DNA from: Candidatus Bathyarchaeota archaeon
Lineage (GTDB): Archaea > Thermoproteota > Bathyarchaeia > 40CM-2-53-6
NCBI GenBank assembly: GCA_963733055.1
Contig: CAVTBR010000001.1
Span: forward strand, 704,001-768,000
Length of the DNA stretch: 64,000 nt
Reading direction: 5' to 3'
Shown: piece by piece, positions 1 to 10,543 of the stretch
Layout: each line of letters starts with the position of its first letter
Numbering within the stretch: the stretch's first letter is position 1
The notes under the pieces: generated by a model
Databases searched by the model: none
What the model was told of the DNA's origin: nothing
What the model saw: the letters and a program-made list of their open reading frames with translations, nothing else
Made by a program: the position numbers and the translations under genes

Positions 1-195
1 GGGCTGTTTCAGCTGACTAACGAATTTCTCCAATGAATACTCCGACAAGAATCCAGGATACTTTCCAACGAAATCCCTTGTCCTCTCGCCCGTTCGATTA
101 TAGACGGCGACGGTATACCCGTGATTTTGGATGTTTCGGGCTAGGTTTTGCCCCATGACTCCGAGTCCGATCAGGCCTATGTCTCCATCAACCAA
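1..195 (-). CDS. gnd: 6-phosphogluconate dehydrogenase, decarboxylating (5' part; runs off window)
   Basis: Manual translation from TTG at 195: MVDGDIGLIGLGVMGQNLARNIQNHGYTVAVYNRT...SLEKFVSQLKQP, the typical Gnd N-terminus. Not in ORF track. Confidence 0.85.
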   Translation of the reverse strand, partial: MVDGDIGLIGLGVMGQNLARNIQNHGYTVAVYNRTGERTRDFVGKYPGFLSEYSLEKFVSQLKQP

Positions 196-244
196 ACGCG
201 ACTTTCCTCCAGCTACTCTCTCGTGGCCGGAGTTGGAAAAAGGT

Positions 245-1357
245 TCAGGTCGGCCGTCGTGAACGTCTTCGTCGTCTGGTTCGCGTCCGGGGCCGCCTCG
301 CGGGTTTAGTTTTTCTCCGGCGGAAGACGAGGTACGCCAAGACAAATGCGGCTAGGATTCCTAGTGTAATTCCCCCCGGAACGGTGTAGTCAACCTGCCA
401 AACCGCAGTTAGGCTGTGGGGTTTGTCCATCGAAATGGTTCCATTCGGTGAATTGGTGACGAGTTGAGTGTTCTCGTACCAACCTTGGAGTGCTGACCTC
501 GCCCCTATCTCTCCCAGTGGGCCCGTGATTGGTTGATACGGGTTCGTGGAGAAGGTTGCGACGGTGTTGTTGTCATACCATCCCGCCCCTGTGGCGTTCT
601 CTCCTGCTCCAACTAGAGTAAGTAGGTGCTGGGTTACGTAGGTCGCCTCGATGCTTGCGTTTCCTGTTACTACGATTGTGTCAACTGTTCCGAGAGTACC
701 ATCCGACCAATGGTCAAACCTCAAGCGGGTCGTTGGGTCCACCTGCACGAGGGCTGGCACTGTGATGTTATGTTGACCTAACCCTACCCCTACCGTTGCT
801 GGGCCAGGAACTTGTTGTACTCCATCCACGAAAGCAGCCACAGGTCCGGGCACGACTACGTTTAACGTGATGCCAGTCAGGTTGATACTGAATATGTCAC
901 TGCTCGTTGAATGCGGAATGAGACTTCCCTGCGCGTCCTCGAGTACTGAAGTCATATTCAGTTGCCACAAACCTGGAACACTATTCCCTCCGAAGATACC
1001 CCCGATCTGAAATTCAATATGTTCAACTCCGGACGCCGCGGGAAGTTTGATCACACAAAGAGCGCCAAATTCCCCTTGATTGATGCAAGGGTCAGTAGCA
1101 GTGACAACGATTCCAGGAACGATTGCTTGAGAGGAGACCCCTACGCTGAGTATTCCGACCGCAAGCCGGTAACCGGGAGTTGTGTCATTGTAGTAAACCG
1201 TTGCTATCACAGGTATGGGATCCTGACCACCGGCGACAACGCCGGGCGGATGAACGATTTGATAAATCCTAGTTGACTGCGCAGCTTGAACGTGCGGGTA
1301 CATGCATATAATGGCAACCAGAAACAAACAAACAATAGAAGCATTTGACGACTTCAA
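245..1357 (-). CDS. Secreted, C-terminally membrane-anchored surface protein
   Basis: N-terminal hydrophobic signal; beta-rich body with FDHWSDG/GAGWY repeat-like motifs; C-terminal TM helix followed by an Arg/Lys-rich tail. Confidence 0.8.
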   Translation of the reverse strand: MKSSNASIVCLFLVAIICMYPHVQAAQSTRIYQIVHPPGVVAGGQDPIPVIATVYYNDTTPGYRLAVGILSVGVSSQAIVPGIVVTATDPCINQGEFGALCVIKLPAASGVEHIEFQIGGIFGGNSVPGLWQLNMTSVLEDAQGSLIPHSTSSDIFSINLTGITLNVVVPGPVAAFVDGVQQVPGPATVGVGLGQHNITVPALVQVDPTTRLRFDHWSDGTLGTVDTIVVTGNASIEATYVTQHLLTLVGAGENATGAGWYDNNTVATFSTNPYQPITGPLGEIGARSALQGWYENTQLVTNSPNGTISMDKPHSLTAVWQVDYTVPGGITLGILAAFVLAYLVFRRRKTKPARRPRTRTRRRRRSRRPT

Positions 1358-1483
1358 TGTGAACTACCCAGTTGTGAAAGCTCCGCTACTGGATGTAGTA
1401 GAAATTCCTTCCGCTAAGAAGGCCCTGAATTCAAAGAACCCTAGTCGTTTTCAAGTAGCGAGCTATCCTAGTTCTCTTCCGTT

Positions 1484-4301
1484 TTAATGCTGCAGAAGCT
1501 TAGCAACCCTGTTTGAGGTGGCTAGGGCTGCTAGGAGGAGAGTTGAGAGGACGATTGTCGCTGAACTGATCATCAGTATGCTTGAGGACGCGAGCGCTTC
1601 ACCGACTGTGAGTGCGGTGATTCCACCCAACACGGTTAGCGCGAGATATTTCTCCATTGCAACCAAACGACGAAGCCGTCGCACTCTTGATCGGATCAAG
1701 CTGAGTGGTAACCCGAGGTAGAAGGCGCCGATTAGACTACTGGCAATCAAACCGGATAATAGAACTGCTAATTCGGGGAAGCTGGCTGTTGCGGAGTAAA
1801 GGTTCGAGGTTAGGTAGAGGACGCCTACAAGCGGGTAGAGCACTGCTTTCATTACTGTTCGTTCCGCTGAATGTGCGGATATGTAATTTGCCACGCCTGG
1901 GCTGAAGGAGTAGTACCAGGCATTGAACACGACCATGAAACTTGAACCTGCTTGAGTCTTCATGATTGACTTGTCGCGGAAGTTGCGGAGTAGCTGAACT
2001 TCCGGCGCGACTTGAGAGCCGTATGTCGCCGTGGCGATCAAACAGACCGGCGCACCCGCGGCCGAGGATGTGCTGCTGGTGCTAGTCGTAGTTGCTGGCG
2101 TCGTAATGAGAACGCCAACGTTGGTGCTGTGAGTAAGCGAACCGCTCGTTCCAGTAACCTGCACTGTAAACGAACCCGTTGATGAAGAAGCCGTCGCGCT
2201 GATCGTGAGAGTTGACGTCGCGGGCGTTGCAGTCGGAGTAACCGGGCCAGGGAGAGTTATTGAAACCCCAGTAGGCGCCGTGCCAACCCACGAATAGCTC
2301 AACGTGACGGCGGAATTGAATCCGTTGATCGCGCCGACACTAATCGTTGACATTCCACTGCCACCTTGAACGAGCGATACCGTACCAGGAATCGCAGTAA
2401 TTGAGAAGTCCGCCGTTACAGTGACGGTTAGCATGAGAACTTGCGAATGAGTAAGGCTGCCGCTTGTGCCGGTGAATGTTATCGAAGATGTTGAGGCTGG
2501 TGTTCCTGAATCAACACTGACCGTCGCAACTGAGGAAATGGTACCACCCGAGGGTGGCGTTACCGGATTTGGATTGAAGGAGACATGTACGCCAGCCGGT
2601 AATGATCCATAGCTAAGAGTAACGGGAGAATTGAAAGATCCGATCGAAGTTATCGTGACTGTATCCATTCCTGAACCTCCTGCACCCACGCTCAGGGTGG
2701 GGGAAGTTAGCGAGATGGAGAAATCAGCGCCGGAAGTGATTGTAAGTGAGAAAGAGGTTGTGTGGGTCCCAGATGCCCCGGTCCCACTAATCGTGATCGG
2801 AAAGGTTCCTGTGGGAGCGGCTGCCGCAACGTTCACCGTCAACGAAGCGGAGGCGGTTCCCCCTGAAGGGAGAGAGATTGGATTCGGGTTGAATGTCGAG
2901 AAAGTAACTCCACTGGGAACAGAACCCGTCACCGATAAAGTAACTGCACCCGCGAAACTCAATAACGAACTTCCAATGACAGTCACTCCCGCAGATCCTC
3001 CCTGTGCAATCGAAATCGTGGGCGTTGTGACGCTCAGGCTAAAGTCCGGCGTTGTGGGGGTTAGCTCCCCAACTTTGTTTGTTCCGCTTTCGAGGAACCA
3101 AATGTTCCCAGAGGCGTCGGCTGCAACATCATGAAGCTGGCTTCCGCTTCCCGTTGACCACTCCGTGAACTGCCCGTTCGGCAGCTCCGGCACTTGGCCC
3201 GCTCGTGGGCACGACGACATGGGTTGATGGAGCAACTGTTGCTGTTGTTGACGTAGCCGTTCCGGAATTGCTGACAGTGGGCGCGTTTGTTGGTACTGAA
3301 GGAACAACATTGCCTCCCGAGGACGGGTCTAGTTCAGCGACTTTTCCATTCCCCGCATTCTGTGAATCTTCAGCTATCCAAGGATGTTGAGTGAGAGGAT
3401 TGATGCTAACCACTCTTGGGTCGGAGCCTATCGTCGGAATCTGCCATTCCTTAATCGTGTTATCACCACGCAGAACGCCAACATAATTGTCAGCTCCACT
3501 TGCGTCGCTGACACCCTGAGTGTACCAAATTTGACCTAGAGCATCGACGGCTAGAAATCGGCCAATAGCCGACCCGTGAGTTGGTAACGGCCAGTAGGTG
3601 TACTGATCGGTCGCCCTGTCCCATTTGATCAGCGATGAACTCTGGGCAAACCAGATGGTTCCGGGACCAGCGTAGACGCCATTAGCGCCACTCCCCGATC
3701 CGGCAGGAAATGGGTCCTCAAATAAAGTCGCTGAGGAAGGTGTAGAAGGGTCGAAGACTAATTCACCCAGATTGTTTGCTAGAATTTCAGTGAACCAAAC
3801 TCTAACACTTGATCCGGCTGGCTCGACGGAAAGGTATTCTGGGCCGGATCCCGCCTTAACTGGGAATTCGTAGAACGTGTTCGTGCTGGGGAGGAAGACG
3901 AAGATCTTGTTTGTCGTGAACTCTGTTCCCCAAACCTCCACTTGACCATTGAATGTGACGGTAGTGATCCCGGTGGGGTTTGCTGCAGCCGTCGGCAATG
4001 CCCATTCTTGGAACGTACCGGTTGACGGGTCGATGTGCGCGAGGTTGTTCGCGAAGTATTCTAGGAACCAGCAACACTTGCCCGACGGATCCAGGGCCAT
4101 GCCGTAGGGGCCGCTTCCAGAAATTGGGTCAGTCCACTCGGTTAGCGTGTAGCTGGTAGCAGCGTAAACGGGTTTGAGCGGGACGATTCCCATCCCAATT
4201 ATAGAGATAGAAACTAGAAACAAAGACATGAGCAGGAATGCCTTAACCGCGATAGTGCGGTTTCGACCTGCATACGGCTGTCTACTACGAGATGAATTCA
4301 A
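1484..4301 (-). CDS. Large surface protein: Vgb-lyase-like beta-propeller, Ser/Thr-rich Ig-like repeats and CFI-box-CTERM; split by an apparent frameshift near 3180
   Basis: ORFs 3129..4301 and 1484..3310 join if one base is removed at ...GGA GCT GCC G AAC GGG CAG. EW...P...G/WF.E propeller repeats continue across the junction; three DFS(L/I)S...SGSLTH repeats; CLIATATYGS...LRNFRD...YYSFSP motif. Confidence 0.8.
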
Positions 4302-4524
4302 GGCTAGAACATCTGAGGACTACATTCTGAAGGAAGTAGATTATATGCTTTCTATACCGAGGCACCATATCAACAATGTAGATTCAAGAACAGCTTCGGC
4401 GGTCAACGCGTCGACGAGTCTTCAATTCAGGAATGGCTGAGTCTTTAGTCTCGGTGAACATTAAGGCGCCTTAGAAATCGAAAGTAATTAGTAAACCACC
4501 GGCAACACTTTCTAGGAACAACTC

Positions 4525-5409
4525 TTGAATCTCCATCCATCTGAAGGCTATCTGAACGTTCTCGGGTACAAACTATTCTACAAAACCTTCGGCGAACCGG
4601 AGAGGGGTACGATTCTTTGCCTTCATGGTGGTCCCGGCGGAACGCATGATTACATGCTGCCGCTCGCGGATCTTGCACATTCCGGTTACCGAGTAGTCTT
4701 CTATGATCAGATAGGATGCGGGAAATCTGAACTGCCGAAGAACATCACTCTCTTCACGGTTGAACGGGCAGTCGAAGAGGTAGAAGGAATGCGCCAGGGA
4801 CTTGGCTTGGGGAAGGTCAACCTGGTTGGGTCAAGCTGGGGTGGTATGTTAGCCATCGCCTATGCTCTCAAGTATCAAAGGAACCTCAAGAGCATGGTTA
4901 CGATAGGCGGCCTAGCAAATGTCCCACTCGCAACAGCCGAAATGGAGAGAATGAAAGGTCAGCTACCAGCCGACATCATTGAAGTGCTAAACAAATATGA
5001 GCAAGAGGGAGACTTCGAGAATTCCGAGTATCAGAAGGCTGTTGAAGTATTTTACCGGCGACACCTTTGTAGGTTACCCCAATGGCCCGAAGAATTAGTC
5101 CATACGCTGGAACATGTGAGTCGGCCAGTCTATCACACAATGAATGGACCTAACGAATTCACAATCATAGGCAACATCCGGTACTGGGACGCTACAAATC
5201 AGCTCAACAAGATCCGTGTCCCAACCCTCGTGACTGGTGGAAGGTACGACGAAGTATCCCCGAAAGTAGCGCGAAGTATCCACAGAGGAATAAAACGATC
5301 CAAACTAGTCACCTTCCCCAATAGCTCCCACCTACCGTTCTGGGAAGAACGAGAGAAGTTCATGGGAGTAATTCGACGTTTCCTGGATAAGGTCAATGAA
5401 CCCGCCTAG
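4525..5409 (+). CDS. pip: Proline iminopeptidase-family alpha/beta hydrolase (tricorn factor F1-like)
   Basis: LHGGPG, YDQIGCGKS, GSSWGG nucleophile elbow, MNGPNEF, SSHLPFWEE. Confidence 0.88.
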   Translation: MNLHPSEGYLNVLGYKLFYKTFGEPERGTILCLHGGPGGTHDYMLPLADLAHSGYRVVFYDQIGCGKSELPKNITLFTVERAVEEVEGMRQGLGLGKVNLVGSSWGGMLAIAYALKYQRNLKSMVTIGGLANVPLATAEMERMKGQLPADIIEVLNKYEQEGDFENSEYQKAVEVFYRRHLCRLPQWPEELVHTLEHVSRPVYHTMNGPNEFTIIGNIRYWDATNQLNKIRVPTLVTGGRYDEVSPKVARSIHRGIKRSKLVTFPNSSHLPFWEEREKFMGVIRRFLDKVNEPA

Positions 5410-5417
5410 CTGAAGGT

Positions 5418-5876
5418 TTGGCACCACAATTGGCGCTTGAGAACTACAAGAAGAAGAGAAATCTCTCCCGAACCCCCGAACCTGGTCCAAAGGTCAAGAA
5501 GACTGAACAAAATCGCTTCGTGGTGCAGGAGCACCGAGCAACCCGATTGCATTGGGACTTCAGGTTAGAGTTGGACGGAGTGCTGAAGAGCTGGGCGGTC
5601 CCGAAGGGGCCGCCTGAGGAACGGGGACTGCGAAGATTGGCGGTCGAGGTTGAAGACCACCCTGTCGATTACATCACATTCGAAGGCACAATCCCAAAGG
5701 GGGGATACGGAGCGGGCACCGTGAAGATCTGGGATAAAGGGAGTTTCAAGCTGAAGATCCGGACGAAGGACATGTACGAATTCTGGCTCAAAGGCAAACG
5801 GTTGAACGGCAAATATGCCCTCGTGCGGTTCAAAGAAAAGAACTGGTTACTGTTTAAAACGAAAACTGACGATTAA
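5418..5876 (+). CDS. Stand-alone LigD 3'-phosphoesterase domain protein
   Basis: FVVQEHRATRLHWDFRLELDGVLKSWAVPKGP and EDHPVDY..FEGTIPKGGYGAGTVKIWDKG signatures. Confidence 0.93.
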   Translation: MAPQLALENYKKKRNLSRTPEPGPKVKKTEQNRFVVQEHRATRLHWDFRLELDGVLKSWAVPKGPPEERGLRRLAVEVEDHPVDYITFEGTIPKGGYGAGTVKIWDKGSFKLKIRTKDMYEFWLKGKRLNGKYALVRFKEKNWLLFKTKTDD

Positions 5877-6580
5877 CGGATTAGCATTTTATTAAAATCG
5901 GCCGCCATGTTGGCAGCGTCACCGGTCTCGTCATGCATAAAGTAGACGAAACAGTTCTCTAGGTCGACCGCGAATTTCATCAGTTTCTCTGACCATTCCT
6001 TCAGCTTTCCTTTCGAGTAGCGTTCATGGCGTAGCCTTGCATAGGTGAAGTTGGCAGTCTTCTCGAATACGGGTTTCATATCTTCGGTATCAGCGATGCA
6101 TAGTGCAGCATTGTATTTGGACAGTAGGTTGTTCAATTTGTCACCGAACCATGAGTTGTGTCGAAACTCGATCGCGATGGAAGCCCAATCAGGTTTCTCT
6201 TCGAGAAAGGTTTCAAGCGTCTCATAATCCTGTTTCATGTACGGCGGTAACTGTACGAGAACACACCCAAGCTTCGCCTCAACGGGCTTCAACCCCTTCA
6301 GAAAGAACTCGAACTCAGCCTTAGCGCCTTTCAGTTTCTTGAAGTGGGTAATTTTGCGGCTCGCTTTGAAGCTGAACCTAAAATCTTGTGGCGTTGAATT
6401 GCCCCATTTTGAGGTCGTGGTTTGCGTTGGCATGTGGTAGAAACTGGAATTGACTTCTACGGAGTTCAACTTCTTGGAGTAGGCTTCCAACATTTCGTTC
6501 GATTTTGTGGTTTCAGGGTAGAAGACCCCCTTCCAGCTGGCATAGCTAAAGCCCGACACGCCGACCCAAAATCGCACCAT
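5873..6580 (-). CDS. DUF72 (YecE-like) protein
   Basis: GVSGFSYASWKGVFYP, SVEVNSSFY, FSFKASRKITH, LVQLPP, IEFRHNSW. Start moved to the ATG at 6580, behind a GGGTGA RBS. Confidence 0.9.
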   Translation of the reverse strand: MVRFWVGVSGFSYASWKGVFYPETTKSNEMLEAYSKKLNSVEVNSSFYHMPTQTTTSKWGNSTPQDFRFSFKASRKITHFKKLKGAKAEFEFFLKGLKPVEAKLGCVLVQLPPYMKQDYETLETFLEEKPDWASIAIEFRHNSWFGDKLNNLLSKYNAALCIADTEDMKPVFEKTANFTYARLRHERYSKGKLKEWSEKLMKFAVDLENCFVYFMHDETGDAANMAADFNKMLIR

Positions 6581-6606
6581 CGCACTCACCCTCAGTCTGA
6601 TTGGGG

Positions 6607-7563
6607 TTACAATACGCACTCTGACGGAGTCTTGTCGAAGCGAAACCTCTCGAACCTAGGCAACCGAAGTTTGCGGTCCCTTGTCATGTTCATATAACCA
6701 ACTTCAACCACTAACTGAGGTTTCACCCATTTGACCGGAGCTGGAGCTTTGACCTCGCCGGGCACAGTTTTAGTTTTCGTTTGAAGCGATTTCAATAGTT
6801 TCATTAATCTACGAATGAGAGCGTCCGTGAACCCGGTCCCCACGTTTCCTAAATGGATAAGCTTTCCATTTCTCTCGTACGCGGCCAATACTAGAGCTCC
6901 GAAGCTAGATGAGCGCAAACCCGCGCCCACTGTGTAACCTGCGACAATGCAATCCAGAGTCTTAACCTGTTTCAGCTTTAGCCAATCTTCGCTTCTCGTT
7001 CCGATCTGGTAGGCGGAATCGGCTTTCTTAGCCATAGCTCCTTCGAATCCGAGCTTTAACGCGTTTTTGAAGTAGGATTTTCCATGCGTGGACACATACT
7101 GACTGAGCAGCATGTGAGGCCCGTTTGAAACTATCTTGGCCAGTTTTTGTCTACGATCTATGAGAGAGCCATTTACGAGGTCTTGGCCGTTCAAATGCAG
7201 AAGATCGAATACTATGTACGTGGTAGGCGTTTTTCTCGAAAGCATTCTAATCTGAATAGGATTGTTCGCGCCGAAACGGTACTGAAGTAGTTCAAAACTT
7301 GGTAACCCTTTGTCGAGTATAACAATTTCCCCGTCGAGAACTACCCTATTTGATTTGACGTTGTTGGCGATTGTTTCGAGTTCGGGATATGATTTTGTGA
7401 CATTTCTCAAATTGCGGTTTTGCAGTTCCACTTTACCGTCTTTGAGGTAGGCGATGCACCTCATGCCATCCCATTTCGGCTCGAAAACGTGTTGCTCAGA
7501 ATCGAAAGGGTCTGATGTTTGCGCCAGCATTGGGCGAATGTTGCGTTCGTCCAGTAAGGTCAA
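6607..7563 (-). CDS. ligD: ATP-dependent DNA ligase, LigD-type ligase domain
   Basis: PMLA, EPKWDGMR (motif I), LDGEIV, FDLL, EGAMAK, WLKLK, GNVGTGF, LRLPRF. Confidence 0.92.
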   Translation of the reverse strand: MTLLDERNIRPMLAQTSDPFDSEQHVFEPKWDGMRCIAYLKDGKVELQNRNLRNVTKSYPELETIANNVKSNRVVLDGEIVILDKGLPSFELLQYRFGANNPIQIRMLSRKTPTTYIVFDLLHLNGQDLVNGSLIDRRQKLAKIVSNGPHMLLSQYVSTHGKSYFKNALKLGFEGAMAKKADSAYQIGTRSEDWLKLKQVKTLDCIVAGYTVGAGLRSSSFGALVLAAYERNGKLIHLGNVGTGFTDALIRRLMKLLKSLQTKTKTVPGEVKAPAPVKWVKPQLVVEVGYMNMTRDRKLRLPRFERFRFDKTPSECVL

Positions 7564-8339
7564 CCTTTAGCACTGACTTTGATGCTGGCCTTCAGGGCTT
7601 CCATCAAATCCTTCGTGGCCTCAATCTCCGGAACCTTGGGTTCGAAGACCTCTTCCTTCCCCTTCATTTTGGCTTCTACCATTTCTGTCAACGCTTCCTG
7701 GTACCGGTCCTTGTACTCCTTCAGGTTGAACGGTTTCTTCATGATTCGTATGAGCTGCCCGGCGAGTTCCAGCTCCTCAGGTGAAACTTCGACCGGTTTT
7801 CTGAGTTCTTCAAAGTCGCTCGGGTCCCGGATTTCGTCCGCGTAATGCATCGTCTCCATGAGGATTGAGTTTCCGTAGGGTCGAATGGCTACCAAATGTT
7901 CCCGTTCATGCATGACGACTCTGCCTACGGCGACCTTTCCGTTTGATTGGAGTGCTTCGAGTAGGAGGAAGTATGGTTTCTTTGAGTCTTCAGTAGGGAC
8001 GAGGAAGTAGCCTTTGTCGAAGTAAATCGAATCGAGCTTATCCATGTCAACGAAGCGGAGGATCTCGATTGCTTTGCCGGATTTGATCTCGATCGTTTCA
8101 AGGTCTTTGTTTGTTAGAGCAACGTACTTTCCTTTCTCTACTTCATACCCTCGGAGGATGCTGTTCCATGGGACTTCTTTCTTATCCTTCGCGCAGACGC
8201 GCTTGAATTGTATCGGGCTCTTATCTCTGGGACACAGCAAGCGTAGGCCTACTTTGTGCTCAGAAACTGCTCCGAATCCCTTGACTGGGATGCTGACGAG
8301 GCCGAAGGTTATGGATCCACTCCAAGTAGCTCTTGGCAA
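7560..8339 (-). CDS. ku: Ku DNA end-binding protein
   Basis: MPRATWSGSITFGLVSIPV, RGYEVEKGKYV, YADEIRDP, YKDRYQEAL, DLMEALKASI. 4-nt overlap with the ligase gene. Confidence 0.95.
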   Translation of the reverse strand: MPRATWSGSITFGLVSIPVKGFGAVSEHKVGLRLLCPRDKSPIQFKRVCAKDKKEVPWNSILRGYEVEKGKYVALTNKDLETIEIKSGKAIEILRFVDMDKLDSIYFDKGYFLVPTEDSKKPYFLLLEALQSNGKVAVGRVVMHEREHLVAIRPYGNSILMETMHYADEIRDPSDFEELRKPVEVSPEELELAGQLIRIMKKPFNLKEYKDRYQEALTEMVEAKMKGKEEVFEPKVPEIEATKDLMEALKASIKVSAKG

Positions 8340-8518
8340 GGTTTGACCGATGGGATGGGGAGACGGGTGTACTTCAACAGTGTTCTTCCAATGCTACCCA
8401 CTTAGCTAAATCTTGCCAAACTCGGCATGGCCGGGCGGATGGTTTAACCCGCAGACAGTGCAATGTTCAATGAAAATAGAACCGTTAGGTTCATCCTCAA
8501 ATTCCCTGGGAACGTTTC

Positions 8519-9415
8519 TTGGCAAATAAAGAACAACTGGTTCGAGTCGACGGCCGCGACCTCAAACTCACTAATTTAGATAAGGTCCTCTGGCCGGATG
8601 AGAAGATAACTAAGGCTGAAGTGATAAAATACTACGCGGACCTAAGCGAGTACATCATATCGTTTCTCAAAGACCGGCCCATAATGACGCGCCGTTATCC
8701 TCAGGGGATAACTGAACAATACTTTGTTCAGAAACACTTTCCCCACGTTCCTGAATGGGTGAAGCTCTTCTCTTTCAAATCCGAACACTATGTTCTCTGT
8801 AACGACCTTCCCACTCTGATTTGGTTAGGAAATCTCGCGGCAATTGAGATCAACCACATGCTCGCGAAAGCACCCAACGTAACCAGACATGACATGGTTC
8901 TCATAGACCTAGACCCACACCTACCGGCCAGTTTCGACGATGCGAGAGTCGCTGCTCGCGGCGTGGCAACCGTGCTTGAACGGTTAGAACTGGAATTCCT
9001 GCTGAAGACGTCGGGTGCAGACGGAATACACTTCCTAATTCCGATCGAACGACGTTACAGTGTTGAGAAGATTAGGAAGTTCGTGTACCTAATCGGAAAA
9101 CTCATCGAGAAAGCAAATCCAGATTTGGCCACCGTGTCAACGAAGGCGGATGGGAAGAAAGGCCACGTGTACGTGGACTTCCTGCAAAACGGTCTAGAGA
9201 AAACGATTACCGCCCCGCTAAGCATTCGGGCACTTCCAGGAGCCCCTGTCTCCTATCCTCTATCAGTCAAACAGTTGGACGACCATAAACTGAACCCACA
9301 AAATTTCACGGTCCGAAAAGCCCCTCGAAAATCCGCTGCGCTCCGAAAGATGCTTCGCATCAATCAACCCCAAGACCTTGGCCGGGTCTTCGCCAAACTG
9401 GGCATTAAGACCTAA
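8519..9415 (+). CDS. Stand-alone LigD polymerase (AEP primase-polymerase) domain
   Basis: LTNLDKVLWP, RYPQGI, IDLDP, KTSGADGIH, VDFLQN, APLSIRA..GAPVSYPL. Confidence 0.92.
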   Translation: MANKEQLVRVDGRDLKLTNLDKVLWPDEKITKAEVIKYYADLSEYIISFLKDRPIMTRRYPQGITEQYFVQKHFPHVPEWVKLFSFKSEHYVLCNDLPTLIWLGNLAAIEINHMLAKAPNVTRHDMVLIDLDPHLPASFDDARVAARGVATVLERLELEFLLKTSGADGIHFLIPIERRYSVEKIRKFVYLIGKLIEKANPDLATVSTKADGKKGHVYVDFLQNGLEKTITAPLSIRALPGAPVSYPLSVKQLDDHKLNPQNFTVRKAPRKSAALRKMLRINQPQDLGRVFAKLGIKT

Positions 9416-9467
9416 TCTATCCAGTGACGTTTTCGGCGTGTTTGCGTGGAAGTTTCCGGTAGCGAAC

Positions 9468-10454
9468 TTAGAGCCACAAATGCCTTTCTTTCAAAATGGT
9501 TTTTCCATCGATTTCGACGTGTGCTCGCTTGAAGACTAGGTCTATGTGAAGAGGCGCTTTGTTCTTGCCTCCCAACTTACCGTTGTCCCCTAACGCGATG
9601 TGTGCTGTTCCAAACGCTGCCTCATCCTCAATAATAGCACCTCGAATTTGCGCGAGTGGATTCAGCCCCATCCCAAACTCCGCTACGTTGAATACGGCTC
9701 CATTTCGCGCATCCTGAAGGACCTTCAATAGCAAACGTGCCTCGCGTCCCCCCGTGATCTTTGTAGCTCTGCCTTGTGAGAATTCAATTTTGATGGGTTG
9801 GCGCACGACGCCGTTCACTGAGGTGCTGCCATCAATTACTAGGGTCCCATTTGTTGACCCTTCAACGGGGGCTACGTACGCCTCAATATCAGGAACTCCG
9901 GTTGCATCGCCTGGACGTTTGGACATTCCGGTTACCGCACCCCCTCTTCTTCCAAACACGCTCAAATCGAGATCAGTGCCTGCCCGATTTCTTACTCTGA
10001 TTCTTCTCGCAAGAGTCAAACGGCGCGCTACCTTCTTAACGAGAGTTTCTTGTTTTTCGAAGTCAGCAAACATGGCGTTGGAAGCCAAGACCGGCAGAGT
10101 GCAGCAAGCCATTGATAGAAACCGAGCCCCCGCACTGCAGGCTGCAATCCTCGCGTTGGAATGATAGAGCGTCGTACTAGCGACGGATATGATGATGTCA
10201 GAGGATTGCATCGCAGAGACGACGGGACCGGGTGGCTCGCTTCCGGGCAGCGATCTAGGTCTCATCGTAATCATGCTTGCTTCTATATCCAGCGAATTCG
10301 CGGCGGCGACTATCATATCGCCTATGCGCGGATCGGTCTCAGAGTCCGTCACGATTAGAAGGCTCTCATTAGGTCTCGCGCGAGCGCAAACTCGAAGCAG
10401 ATTCACCGCACCTTTGAAGGCTCTCGTCAGAGTGTTCACCCGATCGACAAACAC
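9468..10454 (-). CDS. Aminopeptidase T / M29-like metallo-aminopeptidase family protein
   Basis: ESLLIVTD, GTDLDL, EAYVAPVEGSTNGTLVIDGS, AEFGMGLNP, IEDE..FGTAHIALGDN...H.D. Confidence 0.8.
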   Translation of the reverse strand: MFVDRVNTLTRAFKGAVNLLRVCARARPNESLLIVTDSETDPRIGDMIVAAANSLDIEASMITMRPRSLPGSEPPGPVVSAMQSSDIIISVASTTLYHSNARIAACSAGARFLSMACCTLPVLASNAMFADFEKQETLVKKVARRLTLARRIRVRNRAGTDLDLSVFGRRGGAVTGMSKRPGDATGVPDIEAYVAPVEGSTNGTLVIDGSTSVNGVVRQPIKIEFSQGRATKITGGREARLLLKVLQDARNGAVFNVAEFGMGLNPLAQIRGAIIEDEAAFGTAHIALGDNGKLGGKNKAPLHIDLVFKRAHVEIDGKTILKERHLWL

Positions 10455-10543
10455 AGAATTGGGCTAATGTAAGGAATATTCAATCTACGTGGCCTCGAAG
10501 GGACTCCGCTCGCAAAGGGAGCGGTGAAATGAAACATTTCGTA

